Made by a program: the position numbers and the translations under genes. DNA of 48,272 nucleotides from a virus (Duplodnaviria; Caudoviricetes): IMG/VR virus record IMGVR_UViG_3300031454_000009, positions 1 through 48,272 of that record. One strand, given 5' to 3'. Each line of letters opens with the position of its first letter. Positions within the stretch are counted from its first letter, which is position 1. The notes under the pieces were generated by a model. The model made no database searches. It saw only the letters and a list, made by a program, of their open reading frames with translations, and was not told where the DNA came from. Below are positions 34,492 to 45,400 of this stretch, piece by piece.

Positions 34492-36209
34492 TGCCCGCCA
34501 ACCCGTTCACGCTGGGCGACGACTTTGACCTCGGCAGCAGCTACCTTGGCGGCAACGCGCCCCCTGCGGTCTATGATGCCCGTGCGGCGACCCTGTTCGT
34601 GGCCGAGATAGACGCCTACGACCCAGCCACCCGGATCACGTCCGTCCTGCGCGCCAGCGACCTCGGATACCGCACCGCGCCGTCCGATTCCATGGGCGTG
34701 GTGGCCTACCCCGGCGTGCTGGATCAGGCATTTGAGATAGACCGCCGCGTGAGCCTGGACCCGGCCGGCACCAACGCAGCGACGTTCGGCGCGATCCGGC
34801 TGGTGAACCTCGGGGGACGCTTTGACGCCTTCGTGCAGAGTCGCAACATCGGCGGGCGCAACTTGCGCCTGAAGATCGGCCAGAAGACATACGACCCCGG
34901 CCGCGGCATCTACACCGATCCATCTTATGACGACCTGCGCCCGTTCCTGTTCTGCACGTCCGGCCCCGTCCTGCTAGGCGAGGACGTGCTGACGATCCCG
35001 ATCAGCGACCTCACCCACCTGGGCGACAAGCCCCTGCAAAGCCGGCGCTACGGCGGCACGGGCCGGCTGGACGGCACGCCGGACCTGGCCGGCAAACCTA
35101 AGCCCATGACCCGTGGCGGCACCCTGGCGCTGCCCGTTCCGAACGTGCCGCTGCGCCTTGTGGACCCTGTTGCCAACATTTGGGCCTGGACCGATGGGCC
35201 GGGCAGCCTCGTCACGCTGTATGAGGGCGGTGCCCCGGTGTTCGCGCAAGCCGGCGACGTGGCGGACCTCTACGCCGGCACCACGCCGCCCGGCGCCTAC
35301 CGCACCTGCAACGCGCTGGGCGTGCTGCAACTTGGCTCCAAGCCCGTGCGCGCCCTCTCTGCCGACGTGACCGGAACCGGGCCTGCCACGGCGGTTGCCC
35401 TGGCGCGCTCCGTCCTGCTGGCGGACCTCGCCTGCAACGCCGACCTGCTGGATGGCGGCACATTCACCCTGCTGGACCGCGCATACCCATGGCTGGCCGG
35501 CTTCCACGTCGCGGACGGCTCGGCGCGCGGCCTGGACGTGGTGCAGCGCCTGCTGGGTTCGGTCGGCGGACGGCTGCTGTCAGGCCGCGACGGCTACTTG
35601 GGCGCCTTCGTGCTGTCGCCGCCCCTGCCGGACGCCGTGCCCGCCGCCCGGCTCGGGCCGTCCAACGTCGTGTCGGTCGCACCCATCGCCTTGCCCGCCG
35701 CCCTGGACCCGCCGCCGCGGCGATGGCAGGTCGGCTGGGGCGTCAACCATCAGGTGCAGGCGAGCGACTTCAACGGCGATCTGACGCCCGAGCGCAAGCA
35801 ATTCCTGGCCGCCGCCTCCCGCTACGCCACCTGGGACGGCCCGGCCGTGGCGGCGGCGTGGGGCCAGCCCGGCGAGCCTGCCCCGCTGGACACTTACCTG
35901 CTGGCGACCGCCGACGCGCAGGCGCTGGCGGACCGGCTGGGGGCGCTCTGGCAGGACCGGCCCGACTGCTACGCCGTCGCGGTGCCGATCACGGTAGGCG
36001 CCGCCCTTATCATCGGGGATGCCGTCGAGCTGACCTGGCCGCTGGGGCTGCTGCGCCTCGGCAGGGTCGGCGTGATCTTCGGGGAGCAGACGCGATCCTA
36101 CGACGGGACCGTGACGTTTGCGGTGGCGATGCTGTCGCCGTTCATTGAGGCCGGCGACTTCTCCGGCGACGAGTTCGGCGGCGACATATCAGGGGGGTCT
36201 GCCACATGA
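34491..36209 (+). CDS. Tail tip / baseplate hub-like protein
   Basis: Follows the tape measure gene; YGGTGRLDGTPDLAGKPKP. Confidence 0.7.
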   Translation: MPANPFTLGDDFDLGSSYLGGNAPPAVYDARAATLFVAEIDAYDPATRITSVLRASDLGYRTAPSDSMGVVAYPGVLDQAFEIDRRVSLDPAGTNAATFGAIRLVNLGGRFDAFVQSRNIGGRNLRLKIGQKTYDPGRGIYTDPSYDDLRPFLFCTSGPVLLGEDVLTIPISDLTHLGDKPLQSRRYGGTGRLDGTPDLAGKPKPMTRGGTLALPVPNVPLRLVDPVANIWAWTDGPGSLVTLYEGGAPVFAQAGDVADLYAGTTPPGAYRTCNALGVLQLGSKPVRALSADVTGTGPATAVALARSVLLADLACNADLLDGGTFTLLDRAYPWLAGFHVADGSARGLDVVQRLLGSVGGRLLSGRDGYLGAFVLSPPLPDAVPAARLGPSNVVSVAPIALPAALDPPPRRWQVGWGVNHQVQASDFNGDLTPERKQFLAAASRYATWDGPAVAAAWGQPGEPAPLDTYLLATADAQALADRLGALWQDRPDCYAVAVPITVGAALIIGDAVELTWPLGLLRLGRVGVIFGEQTRSYDGTVTFAVAMLSPFIEAGDFSGDEFGGDISGGSAT

Positions 36210-38008
36210 GATGGATGATCGGGCTGCTTGCTGTGGCGGCTTCCGTTGCATCGGCGCAGACGGTGCCGACGATTGCTGAAAGCGGGCGCACCACGGGGCG
36301 CCTGCCCACGGCTGGTCAGTCGGTGGCCATGAAGCGCGACATTGAGGCGGCCATCGGGACCAAGCAGGACGCCGCGACCTTCCCCCTTGCCCCCTACGCC
36401 GCGTCCAACAGCCCCGCCATGCGGACGGCCATGGCGCGTGCCGCCGAGGTGCGTAGCCTGCTGGACTGGCTGCTGCCGGCAGACAACGGCGATGCGGCAG
36501 CAGCCCTCACCCGGCTGTGCCAGGCCGTGCCGGGCAACCTGCGAATCGCCGTGACAGGCGACTGGGCTTGGAACGGCAGCGTGACGGCGTGCAGCGGGCG
36601 CAATCTGGACCTTCGGGGCAACGGGCCGGGCGCCACCAACATATCGGCCGCTGCGTCGGGCGTGATGCTGGACGTGCAGGCCAGCATCGGCCAGCGGGTG
36701 ACGCTTCGGGACATGACCGTCGCCAGTGCGGCGCCAGGCGGCACGCGGGCCGTCCTGCGCGTCACGTATCCCCACGTCGGCAGCAGCTCGCGCGGCAGCG
36801 TGCTGGTAGAGGACGTGGAGATAGCCCCGCCGGCCGCTGGAGGCGGGGCGGTCTGCAGCGCGGTGGTGCTTGACGGCGCCTGGAAGGCGAGGGTCAACCG
36901 GGTCGTGATGACCGCTGCGGCGGTGCCGGCCACGGGCTGCGGCATTCTAAGCCTGTCGGAGACGTTTGAGACGACCATCTCCCACAGCGTGCAGTACTAC
37001 GGGGATGCGCTGGCCTATCAGGCCGGATACGCCGAAGGCGTCACGCTGCAGGACAACACGGTGGTCGCCGCCAACCATCTGTTCAAGCAGGCCCCATCGG
37101 GCATCGTCACCCGGTCCGGCTACACGCTGAACGGGCTGTGGCTGACCGACAACGAAGTGGCCACGCAGCAAGGCGGCGTGCGGATCGCAGAAGCGCTGGA
37201 GGTCACTGCCAAAGGGATGCACTGGTCGCAGTGGGCCGGCGCGGCGGCTGGTGTGCCTTGGACGGCCTATGACCTGACCGACGTGCAGAACCTCGTCGGC
37301 ATGGGCGACCTGTTTATCGGCTCGGGCGTCAACCCGGGCCAGGCCACCGGCATCCGCCTGCGGCAACTGCCCGGCGGGACTGCGGCTGGCAACAACACTT
37401 GGATCGGCGCGAACGGTGAAGGCGTGCTGGGTATCGCCGTGGACTTCGGCCCCAATACCGCGCTGAACGCCGTGCTGGGAATGCGGGTGGAGCCTGGCGT
37501 CGGCGCGGTGATTGACCTCGGCGCCAGCAACATCGTGACGACACGCAACCTATCCGGCGGCATGTCGGTCAAGGGCAACGCAAGCATCTTTGGCGACGGC
37601 GGGCAAACGCTGCTCGGCATTGCCAACGTGCCTGGCGCGGCCAACGCAATCACCGTCCATCCAGCCGCCGCGGGCCTGCCGCCCTATCTGAGCGCGGACG
37701 GGCAAGACGCCAACATCCCAATCGGGCTGAACGGCAAGGGCACGGCCGGGGTCGTCCTGAACACCGGCGGCGGCACCGCGCTGGCGGTCCGCCCGGATGG
37801 CGCGGGCGCGCAGGTCAACTACGGCATCGTTCAGTCCGGCAGCGGCAGCAACGGCGTCATCTATACCGGCAGCCCTGGGTCAAACGTTGTGGTAATGCCA
37901 GGGCAGGGCAGCGGCATCCTGGCCCTGTCCGGCATCCCGACGTGCGCCGCGGCGCTGACCGGGCAACTTTGCAGCGCCGGGTCCGGTCAGCCCGTTACGG
38001 TCAAGTAG
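36206..38008 (+). CDS. Tailspike-like beta-helix protein
   Basis: VRSLLDW..GDAAAAL..LRGNGPGAT followed by beta-helix-like repeats. Confidence 0.65.
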   Translation: MRWMIGLLAVAASVASAQTVPTIAESGRTTGRLPTAGQSVAMKRDIEAAIGTKQDAATFPLAPYAASNSPAMRTAMARAAEVRSLLDWLLPADNGDAAAALTRLCQAVPGNLRIAVTGDWAWNGSVTACSGRNLDLRGNGPGATNISAAASGVMLDVQASIGQRVTLRDMTVASAAPGGTRAVLRVTYPHVGSSSRGSVLVEDVEIAPPAAGGGAVCSAVVLDGAWKARVNRVVMTAAAVPATGCGILSLSETFETTISHSVQYYGDALAYQAGYAEGVTLQDNTVVAANHLFKQAPSGIVTRSGYTLNGLWLTDNEVATQQGGVRIAEALEVTAKGMHWSQWAGAAAGVPWTAYDLTDVQNLVGMGDLFIGSGVNPGQATGIRLRQLPGGTAAGNNTWIGANGEGVLGIAVDFGPNTALNAVLGMRVEPGVGAVIDLGASNIVTTRNLSGGMSVKGNASIFGDGGQTLLGIANVPGAANAITVHPAAAGLPPYLSADGQDANIPIGLNGKGTAGVVLNTGGGTALAVRPDGAGAQVNYGIVQSGSGSNGVIYTGSPGSNVVVMPGQGSGILALSGIPTCAAALTGQLCSAGSGQPVTVK

Positions 38009-38015
38009 CGATCCA

Positions 38016-38792
38016 ATGGCTAACTGCCTGATCGGCTGGCCCAACCGCTTCACCTTCGGCCGCATCACGGCCAGCGCCCAAGAAGCCGCCCTCCCGGCCA
38101 CCAACCTCGCCAACGACCAAGGCTCCGCTGATCAAGGCTTTCAGTGTCCAGGCACCTCCGTCCGCATCCAGGTGGACCTGCCGACCGACACGCCCTGCCG
38201 GATATTCGGCCTGTTCCGCACCAACTTGACCGCAACCGCAAAGACGCGATGGGTGGTTCGGACCGCGGCCTTGGTGAAAACCTGGGAAGGCGGGACCTTC
38301 CCGGCCGGCGTGGTGGCAGGATACGGCCAGACCGTCACCACAGCCCCGCCGGGCATCGTGGGCGGCCAGGTCTATTGCGACATCACCGACCCCGACAACC
38401 CGGACGGCTTCCTGAACATCCCCCTGGCCTATGCCGGCCCTGCTTGGCAGCCCGTCCGCAACTTCGACTATGCCAGCGCCCCCGGCCGCGTGTCGCAGTC
38501 CGCAGAGACCGCCACCCGCAGCGGCGGCGTCGTCACCCGCAGCGATTGGGTCAAGCGCACCTTCGACCTGTCCCTATCCGGCGTGAAAGCGGCTGAAGTC
38601 TGGGACCGGGTAATGGACCTCGACCTCTACGCGCGCCGCGGCAACAACGTGCTGTTCGTCTCGAACCCCGGCAGCGCCGTCATGCAGCGGGAGAGCCTGT
38701 TCGGCCAGGTGAAGCCGGAGTCCGGCGTGACCTACCCCCATCAGGCCGCAGACGCCCGCGGGTGGCGCGCGACGATCACCGAGCGATTGTAG
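38016..38792 (+). CDS. Distal-tail-like protein
   Basis: LPATNL..AGPAWQPVRNF..TRSGG..RTFDLSL..TITERL. Confidence 0.65.
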   Translation: MANCLIGWPNRFTFGRITASAQEAALPATNLANDQGSADQGFQCPGTSVRIQVDLPTDTPCRIFGLFRTNLTATAKTRWVVRTAALVKTWEGGTFPAGVVAGYGQTVTTAPPGIVGGQVYCDITDPDNPDGFLNIPLAYAGPAWQPVRNFDYASAPGRVSQSAETATRSGGVVTRSDWVKRTFDLSLSGVKAAEVWDRVMDLDLYARRGNNVLFVSNPGSAVMQRESLFGQVKPESGVTYPHQAADARGWRATITERL

Positions 38793-38803
38793 GAGCTGCG
38801 GCG

Positions 38804-39022
38804 ATGCCGGTGTACGACCCCGCAAATCCGACATACGACACCGCGACCGGGACCTTCCGCGCCGGCCGTCTGTTCCCGGAGGATTTGAACAACCTGGTTC
38901 GCGACTTGACGGCGCTGATCGCGGCGGGCGGCGGCGCGGTGCCTGCGGCTGGCACGGGCCTGGTTGACGACACGGGTGGATACCTGACGGACGATGCTGG
39001 CGACCGCCTGATAGAGGGCTGA
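38804..39022 (+). CDS. Small tail-associated protein
   Basis: AGGAG RBS; ends LVDDTGGYLTDDAGDRLIEG. Confidence 0.65.
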   Translation: MPVYDPANPTYDTATGTFRAGRLFPEDLNNLVRDLTALIAAGGGAVPAAGTGLVDDTGGYLTDDAGDRLIEG

Positions 39023-39026
39023 CGCG

Positions 39027-39617
39027 ATGCTGAGCCGGTTCCACGCCGTATCGCTGCCGGTGCGCCCGTCCGCGCCGCGCAACCTGGCCTGGCCTGCAAA
39101 GGACGCGGGCAGCGTGCGTGCCTATGCCCTGGACTGCACGGCATGGCTTGCGGACGCCGGCACGACGATCCTGCTGGCCATCGTCAAAATCGACTTGTCG
39201 CTGCAAGCGGACAGCGTTGAGTGCGACGGCAAGATCATCCGCTTGCGGCTCTGGGGAGGGGTGGCGGGCAATCAGCCCGTGGTCGTCTTTTCCCTCCGGC
39301 TGGTGAACGGATGCCGGGAGAACGTCAGCGTTTCCGTGCCGGTGCAAGACATCGGCGTCCCGGTTCCCAGCAGGACGGCGACGGTGGGTCCAGCCGATCC
39401 GGCCCAAAGCGGTGCAGGAAGTGCACTGCGTTTTACTTACAGGCAGGACCCCGCAGCGGCGGTTTGGCCCATCAACCATAACCTCAACTGCTACCCCAAC
39501 GTCGTGGTGATAGATAGCAGCGGCCAAGAGGTTGAAGGTTCTCTTGAATACGTGACGTTAAATCAGGTCATCGCAACCTTTTCGGCGCCGTTCGCCGGCC
39601 AAGCCTCCTGTCTTTAG
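39027..39617 (+). CDS. Fibre adaptor-like protein 1 with a fused C-terminal domain
   Basis: WPAKDAGSVRAYALDC; C-terminal WPINHNLNCYPNVVVIDSSG. Confidence 0.6.
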   Translation: MLSRFHAVSLPVRPSAPRNLAWPAKDAGSVRAYALDCTAWLADAGTTILLAIVKIDLSLQADSVECDGKIIRLRLWGGVAGNQPVVVFSLRLVNGCRENVSVSVPVQDIGVPVPSRTATVGPADPAQSGAGSALRFTYRQDPAAAVWPINHNLNCYPNVVVIDSSGQEVEGSLEYVTLNQVIATFSAPFAGQASCL

Positions 39618-39629
39618 GAATATCTCAGA

Positions 39630-40736
39630 ATGGCGAAAAAGTATCTCACCTCAATTGACCTCAACCAAAACGAGATGCAGAACGGTGTCCTGGGTGTTCT
39701 AGGCGCCGCGCCGTCCGCACCCAAGCCCGGCCAAATCTATTACAACTCCACCGTCAACGCCTCTGCGGTTTGGAACGGCACCGCCTGGGTTTACGCCGAC
39801 GCATCAAAGCTGTCCGGCACGATACCGATAGCGGCCCTTGCCGTTGATCCCACTGCGCGCGCCAACCACACCGGCACCCAGCTCGCGCTGACGATCAACA
39901 ACCTCGCCGCCACTGTCCAGGGCTATTCGCTCAGCACGTTCGGCGCCCCCACCGCCAACATCCCGACCGCGGGCTTCACCTTCACCGGGCTGCCGGCGCC
40001 GACCGCCGCAGGCCAAGCGGCGGAATACTCCTGGACCATCGGGCAAATCCAATCAGCCGCCGCCGGCATCTCGTCCAAGCCTGCGGTGAACGCGGTCGCC
40101 ACCACCAACATTGCGGCGCTGACTGGCACTACCACGGTCGTTGACGGCATCACCATCACCGCCGGGCTGCGCGTGCTGCTCACCGCGCAAACCACCGCAT
40201 CACAGAACGGCGTCTATGTGGCCGCTGCTGGCGCCTGGGCGCGTCCCACCACCGAAGGGGCGACCGGCGAAATCGACAATGGCGCTCTTTGGTTTGTGGA
40301 ACAGGGGACCAACCTCGGCGCGACGCAGTTCCGCCTGGCGACCCTCGGCCCGTTCACGCTAGGCACCACGGCGCTGTCCATCGTGCAGTTCGGCGCCGCC
40401 ACCGCATACACGACGGGCAACGGCCTTACCCTCACCGGCAGCACCTTCGCCGTAGGCACCGCGGCCGGCAGCGGCATCCTAGTTGCCGCCGGCACCGTCT
40501 CGGTTGATACCGCCGTCGTGATGCGGAAGTTCCCGTTCGTCATCGGCGACGGCACCGCAACCAGCTTCACCGTCAACCACGGCCTGAACACCCAGGACAT
40601 CGGCGTGGCCTGCCGCACGATCTCCAACCAAGCCGGGATTGAGGTGGATTGGGCCGCGACCAGCACCACCACCGCCACCATCACCCTCACCAGCGTCATC
40701 GCCGCCAACGCGGTGCGCGGCATCATCTACGGCTAG
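39630..40736 (+). CDS. Fibre / decoration-like virion protein
   Basis: PGQIYYN; RANHTGTQ; RVLLTAQTTASQNGVY; IGDGTATSFTVNHGL. Confidence 0.75.
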   Translation: MAKKYLTSIDLNQNEMQNGVLGVLGAAPSAPKPGQIYYNSTVNASAVWNGTAWVYADASKLSGTIPIAALAVDPTARANHTGTQLALTINNLAATVQGYSLSTFGAPTANIPTAGFTFTGLPAPTAAGQAAEYSWTIGQIQSAAAGISSKPAVNAVATTNIAALTGTTTVVDGITITAGLRVLLTAQTTASQNGVYVAAAGAWARPTTEGATGEIDNGALWFVEQGTNLGATQFRLATLGPFTLGTTALSIVQFGAATAYTTGNGLTLTGSTFAVGTAAGSGILVAAGTVSVDTAVVMRKFPFVIGDGTATSFTVNHGLNTQDIGVACRTISNQAGIEVDWAATSTTTATITLTSVIAANAVRGIIYG

Positions 40737-40738
40737 CC

Positions 40739-41488
40739 ATGCAACGGTTCGCCACTTTCCCTACCCCGGCGGTCGGCGACAACAGCACGAATGCCGCCAG
40801 CACCGCGTTCGTCTTTGCAGCCAAGAGCGGCGTCGTAACAATCGCGACCACCGGGGGCACGATCACGCTCTCGGCGGCCCAGTATGGCTCTGCCGGCCTG
40901 CTCATCACCGGCACCCTTGCAGCCAACGCCGTGATCGTGGTGCCGAACACCGGCAACTGGATCGTGGCGAACCGTTGCACGGGCGCGTTCACGCTCACCG
41001 TCAAGACGGCGGCAGGCACCGGCGTTCCCTGCACTGCCGGCTTCACCGCTGACCTGATTGCGGACGGCACCAACGTCGTTATTGCAGGCAACGACTTCGC
41101 GGCCTTGAACGTGGCGGGCACGGGCAGCACCGATATGGCCGGCGCATGGTCAACGACGACCAGTCCGGTCACGGCAATCACTGGGTCGTTTGCCTCCGCA
41201 AACTGCGCCATCCGCTATAAGAAGTTTGGCCGGACCGTGTTCGTGAATGCGATAGTCAACATCATTTCGGTCGGGACCGCCTCGGGTTATACAGCGATAA
41301 CGTTACCGTTTGCATCTTTTGGTAAGGCCATCATGCCAGGTCGGGATGAGGTAAGTTCAAACAGCCTGATCGGGTCAGTGCAAGCCGGGTCTGCGATGCT
41401 GGCTATCCAAGGCTACACCGGCGGCAATTCTCCAATCAGCAATAACACGGTCTTTACCATGCAAGGCACTTACGAAACCGCATCATAA
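40739..41488 (+). CDS. Tail fibre protein
   Basis: PTPAVGDNSTNAASTAFV; RYKKFGRTVFVN..ITLPF. Confidence 0.8.
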   Translation: MQRFATFPTPAVGDNSTNAASTAFVFAAKSGVVTIATTGGTITLSAAQYGSAGLLITGTLAANAVIVVPNTGNWIVANRCTGAFTLTVKTAAGTGVPCTAGFTADLIADGTNVVIAGNDFAALNVAGTGSTDMAGAWSTTTSPVTAITGSFASANCAIRYKKFGRTVFVNAIVNIISVGTASGYTAITLPFASFGKAIMPGRDEVSSNSLIGSVQAGSAMLAIQGYTGGNSPISNNTVFTMQGTYETAS

Positions 41489-41554
41489 ATTGCAGCGGGC
41501 CTACTCGTGACACGATCTGTGCAGATCAGCGCCACGCAATGGTATTCGGTCTAG
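41489..41554 (+). pseudogene. Relic fibre C-terminus in frame after the stop codon
   Basis: IAAGLLVTRSVQISATQWYSV-stop. Confidence 0.4.
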
Positions 41555-41567
41555 CGCGAGGTTCTCT

Positions 41568-42026
41568 ATGCCAGGGCCGTTCCACACGCTGACCTATCCG
41601 GCTAACCGCGCCGGGCTGCGGCAGGGGCTGGCCTTCCCCAGCAAGTCCGAGGGCGACGTGCGCCGCTACACGTTGGACCTGGCGGCCTTCGTAAAAGACG
41701 CCGACGCCGAAATCGAAGGCGTGACCGTGCAGGCCGACCCGACCCTGCGGGTGGCCAACCTAACATGGGATGCCTCCAAGTTGGAGCTGACCGTGGCCGG
41801 CGGCAGCGAAACGACGCCGCTGCCAGCCATAGTTTTCAGCGTGACGCTAAGCGGTGGCGGCGGGATTGAGACTGTCTCGGTGTTCCAGCCCATCCAGCCT
41901 CTCATCCCTCGCGTTCCGCAGGATGCCCTTGGGTTGCGGGAGGTCTCTCCCGGTCCGCCTGCCTTAGCCGATGGCGCGGGCGGGCATGTTTACGACGATT
42001 TCGGTTTCGTCTTGGTTGAGGGGTAG
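41568..42026 (+). CDS. Fibre adaptor-like protein 2 (paralogue of 39027)
   Basis: FPSKSEGDVRRYTLDL; ends LADGAGGHVYDDFGFVLVEG. Confidence 0.6.
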   Translation: MPGPFHTLTYPANRAGLRQGLAFPSKSEGDVRRYTLDLAAFVKDADAEIEGVTVQADPTLRVANLTWDASKLELTVAGGSETTPLPAIVFSVTLSGGGGIETVSVFQPIQPLIPRVPQDALGLREVSPGPPALADGAGGHVYDDFGFVLVEG

Positions 42027-42030
42027 GGCA

Positions 42031-42483
42031 ATGGTTGACAAGACGTTGAGCGGGCTGAGCGGGTCTGCAACTCTGCCAGCGGGCACCCAGTTCGTCACCT
42101 CTCGCCCGTCCGCGCCAGACGCAGCAACGCGGGTGTTCGACTCAGTTTCGCCATCTGCACTTCCGGCAGGGCCGGGCGGCACCTCAACGACCGCAACCAA
42201 CCGCGTCGTCACCGGCCCCGGCCCCGTCACCATCGCGGCCAGCGACGCAGGCGGCTCCGTGTTCATCAACAAAACCGCCAACGAGCCAACGACCGTCACC
42301 CTCCTGGCCGGCGTGCCCGTCACGATCCTGGACGGCAAGGGCGACGCCGCCACGAACAACATTACCATTGTGCCCCCGGCCGACGGGAAGATCGTCGGGC
42401 AGAACAGCATTGTCATCAACGGCAACTATGACGCCCTGAGCTTTGAGCCGGCGCCGAACTCCAGTAATTTTGGCATCAAGTAA
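42031..42483 (+). CDS. Short fibre-like protein
   Basis: DGKGDAATNNITIVP..IVINGNY. Confidence 0.65.
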   Translation: MVDKTLSGLSGSATLPAGTQFVTSRPSAPDAATRVFDSVSPSALPAGPGGTSTTATNRVVTGPGPVTIAASDAGGSVFINKTANEPTTVTLLAGVPVTILDGKGDAATNNITIVPPADGKIVGQNSIVINGNYDALSFEPAPNSSNFGIK

Positions 42484-42495
42484 AGGTCACGCATC

Positions 42496-45400
42496 ATGGC
42501 ATTCACCAAGCGCATGTTCTTGCTTCCTGTTGACGACGCTGCCCGCCAGGCAGCTTCTGCCGCCGATGCTAAAGCAGAGGCCCTTCGCGCGGCCTTGGTC
42601 GCCGCTGGGGTGCTGACCGGCCCTGCGCCCGCCCCTGCGCCCGCCCCAACTCTGACCACGATCCAGTCGGCCACTCTCGCCGCGGACGGCCTCACCCTTA
42701 CCCTCACGCTCAACCAGCCCGCGACCATCGCCGGCACCCTGGCGCTGCTGGTAGGCGGCACGGCACGCGGCGTCACCTGGACCGCGCCTGGCACGGCCAG
42801 CACCACCCGCACGGGCACGCTGGCCAGCGCCGCCCAGGCCGGGCAGGTGGTGACGCTCTCGGCAGCCGCCAGGTTCACCAGCCCCGCGCTCGCTGCTGCG
42901 ATCACCGGCCGGGCGGTGACGAACAACTCGACGGTGGCGGCTGCGCCTCCTCCCCCGGCGAACACTACCCCCACGCTGCTCGCCAGCTTCGCGGGCGCCG
43001 CCGGGGCGCAACCTACGGGTGTGACGTTCTCGGCCTTCCAAAACCGACCGGCGACTCCGGCGACCCTTGATGGCAACGGCAACCTCTCTGTAGCCGCGAA
43101 TAGCGGAATGGTGTGGCTAGGAGGCGCGATGCCGGATGGTCAGTATATCGTAACACTGGCGTCCCCGGCACTGATTGGCTTCCAGGTTCGTGCCAGTGCT
43201 GCAAGCGCCACCGCCGACAGCTATTATACAGACGGGGCATTTCTAGGCGCACTGCGCGGCGGCAATTATGAAAAGTCCATTACGAGCGGCTCCTCCATTG
43301 CCCCTTCGCTAGTTTGGTTGTTTACGCTGTCGGGTTCTAAGCTCACTTACGCCAACAACGAAGGCGTGATCGTTAGCGGGTCTGATGCCGAGTTCGCCAC
43401 TAACGGCTTTCTTGGCATTCGTGTTCAAGACGCTGGTGCGTTGGTGAAGACAATCGAATATCGTACGCTGGCACAGGCCGCTGCTGCATACGCTGCTGCT
43501 CATCCGGCCCCCGCTACTACGGCGCGCACCTTGTCGTTTAACGGTGCGGCGGGAGTGCCCACAGGTGTCGAGGCGCTAACCAACGCTTACGGCAACACCT
43601 CGGGTATCACGCTCACAGGGTCAGGGGCGTTGAACCTCGGCACCAATGACGGAGCCGTTGCATTTTTGTCCGGCAACGGCGTAGTCGGAAATGGCACCGT
43701 GACCGTTAACTATGCCGCCGGGACGAACGGCAAGTCGGCCCACTTGGGTTTCGGCAGCTATGGTTGGCAACTTGCCAGTAACAATAAGATGGAACTAAAT
43801 GGGCCGAACGGCCTTTTCCTCGAAATTGACATATCTCCGTCCCGTTCTTTCGGCGTGTCAATCGACAGCGATACCGCCCTGTTGCTAGTGGACGGCAAGG
43901 TTGCCCACATTCTCACAGCGGACCCGGCTGCACTTTGGGGCCAGCTCTCTATTGGCACGGCTGCATATCCCAGCGGCACCCTGATTGACAGCATCGTAAT
44001 TGATCCGACGCCGCTGCCCGCTCCCGTTCTGGCTCCTTTGACTGTTACGCCGCGCCAAGTCAGCACTAGCGTTCCAACAGGCTATCCCGTGCTGGGCGCT
44101 GGAGTTGCAACTGTCGGGCCAACGCAGATTTTCCAAGCCCCCGGCACCTTGCAGACCTACGCCATCGCCGGGGCAGATGCAGCGTCGTTCTACATGCGCG
44201 GCGACGGCTACCTAACAACGAGCCGCCCATTGTCTTTGGGCGACAAGAGCATCAGCGTCACCACAACCGACGCTGCTAGCGGCACTTCGCGCACTGACGC
44301 TCTGACGATCCCGGTGCCACAGGGCAACCTGATTGCGGCGGGTTCGGCCGGGTCGGTCAAGCTGCTGAACATACCGCAGAACCTGAACAACAACATGATG
44401 TCGCCCGGCCTTGGCACGCCGACTGCATCGGGCATTACTGGCACGAAGGCTTGGACCATAAGTTCCCCGGCCGGCAAGATCGGCGTTTACGGCCAGATTG
44501 ACTGCGACACGGCTACGGGTGCCACGGCATTCGTCAAGCAGCCCGCCGCACGAGCGGACGGGCACACCTTCATCCTGACCTGCTCGGACGGCATCAACAC
44601 CGCCAGCGAAGCATTCAGCGTGCCGGTGGCGTTCTTCGTCAACCCGAATGCCAAGGTCTACGTCGGCCCCGGCAACGCCAGCACGAAGCCCGGCTACGAC
44701 CATTACCACGCGCACTTCGATACGCTTTATCCGCTTATCGGCGCAGGCTATAGCTTGCCGGACCCGGCCTATGCCGGCGGGGTCATTGACCTGGATGACG
44801 GCGGCGACGACAACTACTTCGCCGACGATTTCGGCACCAGCTACCGCGACATGATGCACGGCCCGCTCCGTATCAGGAACATCGGCGGGCCGAACGGTCG
44901 GCGCACGCGCCTAGGCGGCCGGACGGACTCCTACACGTTCGGATATAACCTAAACCAGGACAAGGCGGCTGTGCTGTGCAACGGCGGCGACATCATATTT
45001 GAGGGCATCCGCTTCTCGCACTGCTTCGGCGACTTGGCACCGGACAGGACTTACGGTGGGCGCACGGCTTTGCGGATCAACGGTGGCAACAATGGCGACG
45101 TGACCGCGGACAACTGTCAGTTCGACAACAACTCAAACGGCATGGAAGGCGGCGGCGGGCCGAACCGCATCACGATTAAAAACTGCGTTTTCTTCAATAA
45201 CGGCGGCAGCACTCAAGGTTCGGGGCAGACCCATGCCGCCTACATTGATGCGTATGAACTGGTCTATACCAACAATCTCTCCTACAACAACAACGTCGGC
45301 CACTGCCTCAAGACCCGGTGCCAGCTCGGCACGATCACCGACAGCACGTTGGCGGACGGCGCAGGAGGCAGCGCGTCGGCGCAGCTCAACATCCCCGTGC

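Noticed and set aside
16798-38792. Gene transfer agent
   Set aside because: Repressor/Cro, replication genes, packaging HNH and a long tape measure gene indicate a true phage
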